Of a stretch of DNA of 64,000 nt, positions 23,335-35,200 are shown one piece after another. Numbering within the stretch: the first letter of the stretch is position 1; each line of letters starts with the position of its first letter. Source of the stretch: Monocercomonoides exilis PA203 (taxonomy: Eukaryota; Protista; Preaxostyla). Both the position numbers and the translations under genes were made by a program. Location: contig LSRY02000017.1 in assembly GCA_001643675.2 (NCBI GenBank), positions 1 to 64,000 on the forward strand, given 5' to 3'. Below the pieces are notes generated by a model, which worked only from the letters and a program-made list of their open reading frames with translations, did no database searches and was not told where the DNA came from.

Positions 23335-24760
23335 TTATTTTGTTTCTTTTCTTCTGCTTTCTTCCTTTTCTCTCTCTTTCTCCAATAAAAAATAGCTAAC
23401 TTCTTTCTCTGTGCTTTCTTTCCTCATAATGTGGAACATCTTTTCTTCTTTTATGTCATTCATAGAAAATATCCAATTCTTCTTTTTAAAAAAATAGCTT
23501 ATTTCCTCTTTCTCTTTTCTCTTTTCTTCATCATCATCTTCTTCTTCATGTCCACTTTTCTTGTTCACAACCATTTTCCCCTTGTTTTCTTGTCCATCGC
23601 CGTATCTTCCCTCCTTTTTCTCTTCTCTTTTTGGAAGCACTCCAATTTTTGACTCCAATTCAAAGTATCTAAAAAGTCCATTCGCATTTCTTTCAATTCT
23701 GCATATTTCACCAGAATTGTGAATCTTTCCATTAAAGCATCAAAATGGTTGTTTCCATCAACCAATTCTTGGAAATGACGATGATTATAAAGAAGATGAT
23801 GAATTAATCGATGATGAAGCATGCAAAATAGATGGCAGAAGTCACGGATGCCATCGTTAGCAATCCAAACAAGAATAATCTCAAAATTTTTGGATCTTTT
23901 GCGAAATGAAAAGAAGGTTTCTTTCTATTGCATTCTTGTTCATGATCAATCTGTATTCATTAAAAACACACCATTTAAGAAAAATGAATGAAATAAAAAA
24001 AATCAAACCATCTTTTCGGCCTTGAAATATTTTCCCATCTCCAATGGATTGGTAATTATCAGCCCAGCTGGCTTTCTTGTTCTCCAAAATTGCCTTTCAC
24101 CACATAAAAAATTCAGACAACCGGATTATAAATGGTTGGCAAAGAACATCATCGAAAGCAGAAAATCCTTTATGAAACCGATAATGAAGTAAAATGAAAG
24201 ATTATATTCTCCAAATAAACTCCTTTTCAAAACTAAATTCATTGTTAAGTCTTTGCTGACAGCATACCAGTAGAATTCGTGCAAAATGCAAATGAGATTG
24301 TAATTGAGGCCTGCTGTGTGCTTAGTTCAACTCGCTTCCTCCATTGTCCAACCCCCAATTCCCTTTCCTTTTCCACAAAACCAAATTCCCAATAAAAAAT
24401 CTCACAAAACAAATCCTGTGCAAAAAAATATGCCAAGTGCACTGTACTTCCCACAAAATGAACAAGAGGTTCAATCAAATCTTTCGGATATTCTGCTCGC
24501 TTTTTCTGCATCTTGTTTGAGTTATTTTTCATTCAAAATATTGCATCCTATATTGCACCATATATTTTGTAATTTTTAACCAAGTTCAAATTTCATGCAT
24601 TTTCATTCACCATTCCCCTTTTTGCAAGCAATCAATGCAAACAGCCACTCGCTCCTCACTCTTCAAGCAAAATCCCTGTTCCTCTGAAATGCTATAACTC
24701 GCATGGATGCATCTGTGGCAGTGCGATCAAGCAGCTCAAACATGCTCTGGCTGCAGTAAA
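23335..24760 (-). pseudogene. Decayed fragments of an unidentified multi-exon gene
   Basis: Series of short protein-like minus-strand ORFs (LVDGNNHFDALMERFTILVKYAELKE; ASWADNYQSIGDGKIFQG; YPKDLIEPLVHFVGS) in shifting frames. Confidence 0.35.
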
Positions 24761-25039
24761 TAATTTTTCAAAAATCTTAACCTCAAAATTTTTGGTTTTT
24801 ATCCCTTATTTATTTATTCAATAAGATTTTTTTTTAATTCAAAGATTTTCTTATTTTGAGGCAAAAGCAATGTTAGAAAATGAATACGTATATTCTTCTT
24901 TGTTTTTAATATTTGATTTTGTGTTTTTTAATTCATTTGATGCGAATATTTTCGACAATACAAAAAATATATTTATTATTTGTTTTGGATGTATTTTTCA
25001 ATTTCGCAGTCACCTTCAGCGAAACAAATATTTCTTGGT

Positions 25040-26450
25040 ATGCAAAATTTTATAAGAAATGAATGGTTGAACGAACAAATGAATGTTTTTTATTCTTTGG
25101 ATTTTTACAATTTTTTAGAGAAACTTTCTCAACTGATGAATTACTCTGGAGCAGAGCTGAAACATAAAATCGAAGAAATGAATATATTAGTTGATGAAAT
25201 GAACAACGAAGAAATTAAGGATATTTTCAACAAAGAACTGTTTGACAAAATAAACGAAATGATCGAAGAAGAGAAACTTTCAATGGAAAATACATTGTTG
25301 TTGCTGAAACGCATTGGATATTGTAAAGTTCTTTTTGGCTGGTGGATTTATGGATTTCATAGTTCTTTGCTGTGCGGAAGATTTGAAAAGATGATTGAAG
25401 AGGAAGAAAAGAAAGAAGAAGAAAAAGACGAAACTCTTCTTGTTAATCTTTGCGAATGCTATCTTTCTTTGCATCATTATTCTAGTGAAATTGGAGAAAT
25501 AATTTCAATTATTGTCCCTTGTCTTTTGAATATTGCATTGAACAAAAAGGAAAGCGAAGAAGCACAAAATGAAGTGGAAATAGCTTTGCTGGCTTTGAGC
25601 TGCATTGACATGTATCGCGTATGAGTGCTTCTTTTTCATTTTTGACGTTATTGAATTGTTTTTTCCTCCTTTTTTGCATAGGAAATGGAACCAAAACTGC
25701 ATCTGAATGAAATCAGAGAGATCATCAAACATCATCAAGAGCATCACAATCTTACTCAACTTGCCTATCAATCTGCTTGGCTGTTTTTGATCAACAGATT
25801 ATTCTGCAACGGATTTTTGGAAGATATTGTTGTAAATGAGCTGCATTTTGGAAGAGAAGCAGCAAGAGAACTGGAAGAGCTGACAAAGTGCGTGAATTGG
25901 AAGAAGAAAGAAGAGGAAATGAGCAAAGAAGAAGCGAAAGAAGAATTTTCATTGATGAGGTGGGTCGAAACATTGAACATTTATTTTGGTGGGTGTCAAT
26001 TGCAGAATGAAGAATTTGTTAAGATTTTAAGCAGAATTGTTCAGGTTCATCGAGCGGCGAAGGAAAATTACAGCGTTATTAGTAATCGATGCATTTATGT
26101 ATTTCAAACAGTTGTAGATAATTCATTTGTAAAAATTGAAAGCTTGCTGAAAGGCAGAGTAGTTGATGTTTTTTTGGAGGAGATTCACCAGCCGACGTTG
26201 AATGACAATATTGTACGTAAAAACTTGAAATTTTTTCTATCGATTTCGTTGGGATTGAAAGAAGAGGCGGGTGATGAAATGGAAGAAGCGAGACGAAAAT
26301 CAATAAAAATGGAGATATTCGAAAAGATGGAAGAAGAAGGGTACGAAGATTGCATCGTCAATTTGAACAATTTCATTCAGACAATGGAGAAATTCTTTTT
26401 TCGAGTGTTTAACATTCTGGAGGATAATTCAAATTATTTTGTTTATCTGT

Positions 26451-26452
<2 letters not shown>
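25040..26452 (+). CDS. Lineage-specific alpha-helical hypothetical protein (EEEKDETLLVNLCECY / EVEIALLALS / KMEEEGYED family); start codon uncertain
   Basis: Two ORFs joined in phase 0 by a GT-AG intron at 25619-25681 (CGC|GTATGA...GCATAG|GAA). The motifs resemble an expanded Monocercomonoides family as I recall it; not verified by search. Confidence 0.75.

Positions 26453-26499
<47 letters not shown>
26453..26499 (+). repeat. 47-nt poly(T) tract starting immediately after the TAG stop
   Basis: Direct count of consecutive T residues. Confidence 0.95.
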
Positions 26500-26869
26500 C
26501 GCTTTTATTTTTCTGAATTTTCGTATCACAAGAGTTTTAGCACTGCATTTGTTCCACCATATTTTTATTTTCAAAGGGAAACAGATTTGCTTTCTTTTGG
26601 CAGAAATATTTTCTGAAATGTCAATAAAAAATTATTTTGAAACAAAAATTGCAAATTATGGAAAATGATTCTGACTCAAACATAACTGAAGGAATCAAGC
26701 AATTAATCACAAATTTCAAAATCAAAAACTAGCCAGCGGACCTATATCAAATTCTGTTATTTTGCATTTCCTCCAAATTCTGTTTCTGTTATTCCACATT
26801 TCCAAGTCATTTTGACGACTGTTCAGAAAGTTGTGTGTTCCGATATCAGATTAATTCAGTTCTTCAATA

Positions 26870-28888
26870 TAGGTTGGTGTTTTTATTGGCACCATTTTTT
26901 TTTTGGCACCAAATTTTTGAAGTGATAAAATTCAAAAAATACAGACTCAATTAGCAAAAATAAACAAAACTTGGGTCAAATAGTCTTCGAATTTTTCTTT
27001 TTCCTGAACTTTGATCTGCAGAATTTTCTTCTTCGATATTTTCCAAATCATCATGCAAAATTCTTCGATAAACTCTTTTCTTCTTTGACTTTAATGGAAG
27101 AGTATCTTCAATGTTTTCTGTTTCTTCTTCGACTTCGGAACTTTTCGCACTTGTTCGAATAAAGATATCTTCTTCCCACTTTTCTAAGAAATCCTCATTT
27201 GTGAGCAGTTTTCCGTAAAAATCAAAACGATTTGAATAAGAAGGCAAAGGAAATGAAGAGTGTTTGGGTAATTTATTTGAAACTGGTCCTGACGATCTGA
27301 ACAAAACACCACTTGCATCAAATGCATTCTTTATTACTGATTGTGCGAATGCAGAATGAAGAGCTTGAGGAAGGATGTCCGCCAAAGCCTTTCTGTTGGA
27401 AGAAGCTGTTGAAGATTGAGGTATTTCTATTGATGAATTTAAAACAGATTTAAGAACAGCAAAAACACCTCTATCGAGAGGTTGTGAAATATGTGTTGTA
27501 TGAGGAACAAATGTGATGACATCCACATTCGATTCCATAAATTTTCTCCAAATAATAGGGTTTGCACGAGAGATGTGCGAATCAACGAAAAGTGAACATC
27601 TCTCTTCAGTCAATTTCATCCTTTTCTTTCTTTCTAATATTTCTGGAAGAAGAACACGCAAAGAGTATCGTTCGAATAAAGAAAAATTCATCCAACCATT
27701 CGTATTGCACCACACATCAAGCGAAGGAGATAGTAAAGGAGTCAACTCTTCCGGAACATTTGAACTTGGCCAAAGAACAATTGTAGGCAAAGAAAATCCA
27801 TCTGAGGCAACAGCAGCCACAAGCGTCGCATTTCGAACTCTCGAAGGTGCTAGACAATAGGCTGAAGGAGATTCCGAGGATGTCGCGACAAGTTTTTGGC
27901 AATTATCTGATAATCTCAGTGATGTTTCATCCACATTAAAGATTAGCTCCCTTCGGTATATGAACTTTGAATGCAAATCATCAAGCATTTCGTACCAAGG
28001 TTTCAAAACGTCTTGACAAGATGCTGCAAGACGTTTTGAATCCAAAATTTTTGGTTTTTGTAATTTCAGTTCGGGTTGATTTCGCAAGAAGGAATAAGCC
28101 GCGGATTTTGAAATTTCTTTTTTTGGTGAAGCATCAACTGAAATCTCTGAATCTTCATCTTCTATCGCATTTTCAATCTAAATAGAAACAAATAAATAGA
28201 AAAAAAATATTTTACAAACCAATTCTTTTGTTTTCTTCACTGTCAGGTTTGTTCCACACTTTGCTTCAATTTTAATTACGTCTGTAACAATTTCCTTTTT
28301 TTCCTTGCGCAGCAATGATGGTCTTCCTACTTTGGCAACATCCCTGTCACTTTTAACAGCATTCACTGCATGGATGAGAGTTTTTTTTGAAAATTCACCG
28401 AAGTTGGTTGCATCCACTAGCCTGGCTTTTCCGTCAATCAGAATTCGCGCCATTCTCTCGAGTCTATTTTCATAAATGCGATAGTTTATCGACGCCATTT
28501 CTGCTTGCATTTTTCTTTTTCCTTCTTCAGCTTTTTTTTTTGATCATAAAAAAAACCAATCAATCTTTTGGGTAATGATCAAAAAAAAGTCCTTTTAGAA
28601 CAGCCAAAAGACATTTCAAGTTTTGAAATGGGAAGTATTTTCTTTAATAAATTTTTATTTATTCAATTTGTTTTAAATAAGAATTTGTCATGTTATTTTC
28701 AAACGATAATTTCACTAACGAATTTAACTGTTGCCCCGAAATCAAATAAGCACATCTGTTCTTTTACTGATAATAAAAACAATTGTTTGTGCAAATAATC
28801 TTTGTTTCTTATTGAAAATTATATCTTTCACAAAGAAATAGAAAAAAGGTGCCAATAAAAAAAAGGTTCCAATAAAAGCACTAACCTA
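26870..28888 (-). mobile_element. Full-length pogo-type (Tc1/mariner-related) DNA transposon, ~2.0 kb, with imperfect ~40-bp TIRs and TA (or TATA) flanks
   Basis: Left end TATAGGTTGGTGTTTTTATTGGCACCATTTTTTTTTTGGCACC (26868-26910); reverse complement of right end TATAGGTTAGTGCTTTTATTGGAACCTTTTTTTTATTGGCACC (from 28890 inward). These enclose a transposase gene. Confidence 0.92.
26951..28510 (-). CDS. DDE_1 (pogo/Fot1-like) transposase, DD35D, ~505 aa, one 42-nt intron
   Basis: Exon 28510-28220 (HTH-like, KVGRPSLL), intron 28178-28219 (GTTTGT...TTTAG), exon 28177-26951 in frame. Catalytic motifs IFNVDETS, LFVDSHISR, PHTTHISQPLDRGVF, with 35 residues between the 2nd and 3rd Asp. Confidence 0.93.
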
Positions 28889-30473
28889 TAGCAGAGGCAA
28901 TTTAAAAAATTTTTTTGTGAAAACAGTGCAGATGGATGGAAATATTTCCATGCTGCAAAATGTTTAATATGGAATTAAAATATCTATTGGTTGCACTCAT
29001 TTGGTCTTGTAGAATTGAATAAATAACAAAAAGAAAATTGAAGGGTTAAAAAAGAACATTTAACAGATGGGAAAATTGATTGTTATAAAAAGGAGACAAA
29101 TTTTAAAAAAAGCAAAGAAGTAGAAGAAAGAGTTTTTCTTTCAAATGGAAGCGTTTTGAAAAATGTTTCATCAGATTTGATTGAAGATTCAATCAGAACA
29201 AAGAAACTTTGGAACACAAAAAATAATGATCTTCCTGATGCAAAAATCTGAGATTTTCATATTGTTGAGAGAAGATGAAAGAGGATTGCTTGAGATAGTT
29301 AGATATATGGAAAGAAAAAATGAATGAAGGAAAAGAAGAAATGAAAAAATGAACATTTTCCCATCTTCAACATTTCTTCCCAAACAAATGCTAGAAGAAT
29401 CTTATTGAAATTGTGTGATGAGCTGATATGGGATGAAATTTCAGGTTTTGTGAAAAAATCATAGATTTGTTCCAAACTTTTTCTGAAATTATATCATGGA
29501 ATAATGGTATTATATCGAAGTGCTCAAAACTTTCTTTTTTTTATTGCAATATGAATGTGAGTGAGTTCTAACATTCTTCATGCTATTAAAATTGCTAGAA
29601 AATGACGATAATATTTCCATTTGTGAAAATTTTTTGTGTAAAATTTTCATATTTTGGGTTTGATCTAATTAAATATCATAAAAAACATAGGATCCCGAAG
29701 ATGAAAATGATCAATATTTTAAACTTTTGAAAACATTCACCAGAAAAAAAAGGACTGAGTCTGGTGTTGGTGATTTGGACAGTTTCAAAGAAATAATTGT
29801 GAACGATGTGAAATCGAAAAAGATGAAACAAATACAATTATCTCGATAAATTTTCTCAATAAAAAGGGATAAACAATAAAAGAGAATTAATTTTAGATGG
29901 GTTTTAACGATTAAAAATTGAAGTTTAGATAAATTTATCATTTTATTCAAAAAAAACCATATCCCACAATTGAATTATTCAATGGATTTTCATTTTTTCA
30001 TTTTATTAAAGTCACCATTTCCTATTCGTTTTAAATGAAAATTATGAAATGACGGTAAGAGGGTGCATAGCGACCGGTATAAAAATTGTGTTAAAGAAGA
30101 ACTATTGACCTTGAAAACCCCATTTATGGATGTTTAAATTCTCAAATAGGAGAAATATTCCATAAAAAACAGAAAATTTTTAGTATTTATAATTCAGCAG
30201 TTATGAAAAAATAATGATCAAACCCCTAAGATATATACGAGAGATTATTTTTTTTTAAGTTTTTATTGGAAATGAAGATTATCCCCTTGTCAATATGTTT
30301 ATTAGGATTATGTTTACGTGAACTTTTAATTTAATCAACTGATTAGAGTTTTTTTTTATTTCAAGTGGGGAAGTTTTTTAAGTAAATACTCCTTTTGGAT
30401 TTTAAAGACAGGTTTTCTCAGCTTTGAATCACTGTAATTCGAAAACCACTTCAGAAATATCATTATTGCATTC

Positions 30474-30889
30474 ATTAGTGATAGAACAGTTTGTAAAAAC
30501 ATACCGAACATCGCACAAAATACCGGGCAAGATCGATATCTCAATGACCACAAGAGGAATAATTCTGACAATTTTCCTCAAAACACATCTCATTTATACA
30601 AACTCGCGTGATACAAAAGACTTTCATCACTTACTTGTTTATGCTCGGAAAAAAATTTAATAATAATCTCGGAGAAACTCAAAATCCTATTTCTCCGAGA
30701 TTCTCAAAAACTTTTTTCTCTGTACACAAAAGAAGTGATTTTGAAGGTTTTGTATATCAAATGAGTTTGTGTTAATGAGGTATATTTTGAGGAAAATTTA
30801 CAGAAATTTTCCTCTTGCGGTTGTTGTGAAAGCGATCTTGTCCGGTATTTTGTGCAATGTCCGGTTTTTTATGTTTTTTCTGCACTAAT
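30474..30889. repeat. Long imperfect palindrome (foldback/MITE-like), arms of ~200 bp with a 12-nt central loop
   Basis: 30503-30535 matches the reverse complement of 30833-30865 at 30/33 positions; perfect 13-bp central stem 30665-30677/30690-30702; intervening arm segments align by eye; outer ATTAGTG/CACTAAT. Confidence 0.9.
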
Positions 30890-31426
30890 ATCACACTTCT
30901 TTAGAGATAAAATAAGTGGGAACCGCAATTTAACAAATATTTGATAAGTTCATTCATTTTGAAAATAAAATATAAGTGTATTTTTCAAAAATAAAAGGAA
31001 CAATTAATGAAAACATGCAATCAAAACAACAAACAAATCAACAAAAAAATATAAACAAATAAAATTCTTATCAGACTTTAAACATTATTTCCCACCTAAA
31101 CTTTCATCAATTTTTTGGAAGTTTTTAACATATGAAAACAACGGTTTATGTCCCTTTTCGAAAAAAATTTTTTGTCTCTTTTGATGTCTTTTTTTTTATT
31201 CCGAAATAAGAAAATATTTTTTTCTCCTCAATTGCACGCTGTAGTGAAACAGTAAAAAATCTTTCAATTTTCTATTCTGTACACAATCAAATTATTTTAT
31301 AAATCGATAATTACACAGTCCTTAAAAAAACTAAATTAAACAATGTTTAAACATTTAACAAAAACGAAGTGAAATTTGTGAAATGATTTTTTCAAAAAAA
31401 ATGTGAATTTTAAAATTTTCATTGAT

Positions 31427-32099
31427 TTAAGAATTTTGGGAACTCTGAGAAACAGATTCAGGTTGAGAAGATTGCAAAGGAGGTTTTAAATTTTGAGGAG
31501 CTTTCGATGGCCTTTTTAGAACGTACTTTTCCAACAGTTTTATAAGACTTGATAGAATAATCACCCACGAAACTACCAGAAGAGATAAAACATATCTTCG
31601 AGGAAAGAATGCCTAATGTTAATAAAATTTTATATTGAAAAATATACAAAAAAACAAAAATCATACATCATTAAATAGTTTATTGGGCAAATGAGCAAGA
31701 CATGTACTCCACATCCACCTTTCAAGAAATCCAAATATAAACATAAAAAACCTATTTCTAGTAGCTAAAGAATTTAAATGTATTGCAAAATAAATATTGT
31801 AATATTGATAAAAAAGCCAAACCCAAATACATCGCTGAAAATACAATTAAAGCATGTACAAAAACCAAAAGCCCAAAATACGAAGAAAATCTCCTCAAAA
31901 ATGGAGGACGCTGATCACTGAATCGAAAAAATAAGATATAATTTTTATTGCTCTTGAAATGCAAATATATATATGCAAACTACGGAATGCTTAAAAAAAA
32001 TTGGTCTTCAGGAGTAAGAAACAATAATATTCCCATGACTATTCCAGAAATAGACATATATACTAATGCAGCTGACAATATATATCCAGTTGGTCGCAT
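31427..32099 (-). CDS. Small (~160 aa) four-exon multi-pass membrane protein of unknown function
   Basis: Manual splicing over three GT-AG introns gives MRPTGYILSAALVYMSISGIVMGILLFLTPEDQFFLSIP/DQRPPFLRRFSSYFGLLVFVHALIVFSAI/NRFFMFIFGFLERWMWSTCLAHLPNKLFND/AFFPRRYVLSLLVVSWVIILSSLIKLLEKY...SQNS*. Confidence 0.65.
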
Positions 32100-32216
32100 A
32101 TAGCTTCAAAATGAATATAGAAATAATATTGATCAAATCTTCCAAAACATTTTTAATTTTCTGTGATCAACAAGCAATATAGGAATTTCGAGTAGTTGCA
32201 TTTGTTTAATTGAATC
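32100..32216. promoter_or_regulatory. Putative compact bidirectional promoter (117 bp between divergent ATGs)
   Basis: Head-to-head starts at 32099 (-) and 32217 (+); positional inference only, no motif identified. Confidence 0.45.
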
Positions 32217-35200
32217 ATGTCCGACGATAAAAAACAACGATTAGATCCTCGGATAGAGTGGATATGTGATAGAGTTACAGAATGTCTGAAGGCTAAGGGT
32301 GATAAGCTTGCTCGTATTTATACTGAGGAACAATCTAAGTTTGTTTTTTCAATTTTTTTTGAGAAATAAATTTGAAATACTTGATGATTTGCTTCTAAAA
32401 AATTTAAAATATTGATTGATGCTTTGTTAGGCAATCAATTAATGACTTTCTTGAAATGGGAGACACAAAGATACTTGTTGTATACCAAAACATGAAAGAT
32501 GATCTTGTAGCTTCGACAATGTTCCCAAACGCAATGAAAAAGAAAGCTATATATTTTACAAAAACAAAAAGTTCTCTTGCTGCTGAAGATATGAAAAAAG
32601 AAGTTACCGTGAATGATCTAGCTTCACAGCCAATTGAACAATTGAATATGTTGATTGAAGAAATTTTTCTGCCAATGGCTGAAAATCATCCAAAGGTTCA
32701 AGCAATACCAGAAGCCATTGCACGAGATGTTTTGACGCAATTTCATAAACTTGCTTCTTCCACAAATGTTATTGTTGGAAAAACAAAGGTTAATTTTAAT
32801 TATTAAAAGAATCTTTAAAATTGTTTTTTGATATAAATCTTTTATTTTTTGTTATTTTTTTGATGAATGCATCAATATATTCACTTCATAAAACGAACGA
32901 TTGAATGAATTAGGGTCAAACTCTTCTTTCCCTACCACAAATTCCTCAACAAATCGTCCCTCCAACAGATGGATCAGCTCCTGAGAGATCTTCTTCTCCA
33001 CTGGAAAGTGAAAAGACTCCCGATGTCAAGACTTTGTCAAAAGATTTTATTCATACATTAGAGTCATCTGTAATTGATTGGTCGTATCAGATCAAATCTG
33101 TTATTGACTTGCAAGTTTCTCCTGCATTTTCTTCTGGAAAATTGCCTGGACCAAGTGCAGAAATAGAATTTTGGAAGAAAAAAGAGGAGAATCTGCAAGC
33201 GATTATGGAACAGTTGGAGTCTCTTCCATTCAGAAGAGTGGGTATTGTGCTGGAAAGGATGAAGAATAGTTATTTCCCAGCCTATAAAAAGATATATGAA
33301 GACACAGCAGATGCTTTGACAGAAGCTGGAGAGGTTGTGAGGCATCTTGAAACATTACAACCTCATTTAGAAAAGTTTAATCTGGACACAACAGAGTACC
33401 AAGATATACCAAAACTGTTTGTGCCAATTCTTCACACGTTGCTGTTGATTTGGAGTCGCCTGCCATCGTTGCGAACTCCTTCCTTTCTTTCCACGCTTAT
33501 TGTGGAAGTTGGCAATGATCTGATTGAAATGACACGGATGCACGCAGATTCATCTTCTCTTTTCAAATCCGAGCCTCCAGAGGCACTTCAGCGCTTAGAG
33601 CAGGCAGCAGACACATTGCGTTTGTGGAAGAAGGCTGTCAACACACACGCTGCACTCTCTCAAAAGAAGTTTCAGTCAGCTCCTTGGAGAATCGATCCCG
33701 ATGTTGTATTCTCGCGAATTGATACCTGCATTGTGCGCGTTCAGCAAGCAAAAGAAATTTTGAACTCCTTCATTTGCTATTTCAGATTGGAAAAGATTGA
33801 GATTGGTGGACCAAAAGGAGAAGAATTATCAAACAGGTTGATTGCAATTTATAACGAATTCATGACCCAGTTTGATAAGTTCCAACAATCCAACTACGAT
33901 TGTCTTGATCCAGAAGACAATGAATTTCACGGAGATGCTCTGATTTACAAGGAGAAATCAAAGGGATGGGAAAGACGCCTCTCAGCAATTGTGGCAGAAT
34001 CATTAGAAACCGAAACATCTGTTGTCAGCGCCTTTAAAACAATAGATTCATTTGAAGGCTTGCTCGATGGTGAAGAAGCAAAACAGGATTTAATGAAGCG
34101 AATTGAGAAATTGTTTGATTCGTTCAGTCGAGAAGTTGCGGATGCTCAGAAGACTTTCGACTCGCTGAAGGATAATCCACCCAACTTTTTGAACTTGCCT
34201 CATTTAGCTGGACGTGTGTGGTGGGTGCGTAGTTTATGCAATCGTGTTGAGCCTTCAATGCGTGTGTTCCAGACACATTGCCCACAAATCCTGGAAACAG
34301 TGCAAGGACAAGAGACGACATTACAGTTCAAATATTTGATGGACTGCTTCAATGAATATGAAACTGCATCTTATGAGCAATGGGCAAAGGAGATTGATTT
34401 GTCATCCGCTGAAAAGCTTGACTTGCCTCTTTTGAGAAAAGAAGAGACATTTGACCACAGTGCTCGATTCCGCATAGCTGTGAACTTTGATCCCGCTCTT
34501 GTTGCATTGCTTCGTGAAGTTAGGTATCTGAAGTCTGTGAATGTCGGAGTGCCCCAAACTGCAGAGGAGATTTACGCACAAACTGCAGTGTTCCAGAAAT
34601 ACACAGGCACACTTTCGACAGTTGTTGAACGCTATAATTGGATGGTAGATAACATGTTGCATGAAGAAGAGCCTTTAATCAGAGCACAATTGGATCAAGC
34701 GACACAGGAACTTGAGCCAGGATTCCAGGAACTTAACTGGAAGTCTCCAGGAGTTGAGGCATTTTTGTCTCAAGTCAATGAATCTGTAGGTGCAGTGTAC
34801 GCGAAGTTGAATGCAGCACATGCAAATCTGAAGGAAATTGCAAATAAACTGAAGAGCTGGGCAACGCCAATGATGAAAAGAGATCCCAAAGATAGAAAGA
34901 TGATTAATCCACAGGATGTTACAGATAAAATTGCAGCAAGAATTGCAGAAATTAAAAGAGGAGGGGAAGCCATTCATGCACTTGTTGAAAAGAACCATCA
35001 AACTTTTGGAGAAGACGTGGATAAGACCACAAAAATGTGGAAAGATTACTTGAAGCTTGTTTCTCGAATTATCGTTGAAGGTCTTTCTCGAATTATTCGT
35101 GTTTCGTTGGATCATCTCCGCGTGATGATGCAACAAGGCCAGGATGAGCCATTATTCGAAATTAAGCTTCTTTTGCAACAGAATGAATTGGACTTTTCTC

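Noticed and set aside
28110-28130. Suspected frameshift in the transposase at an A-run
   Set aside because: Counting gives seven A residues, which keeps the frame (SPKKEISKS); the ORF split is due to the intron.
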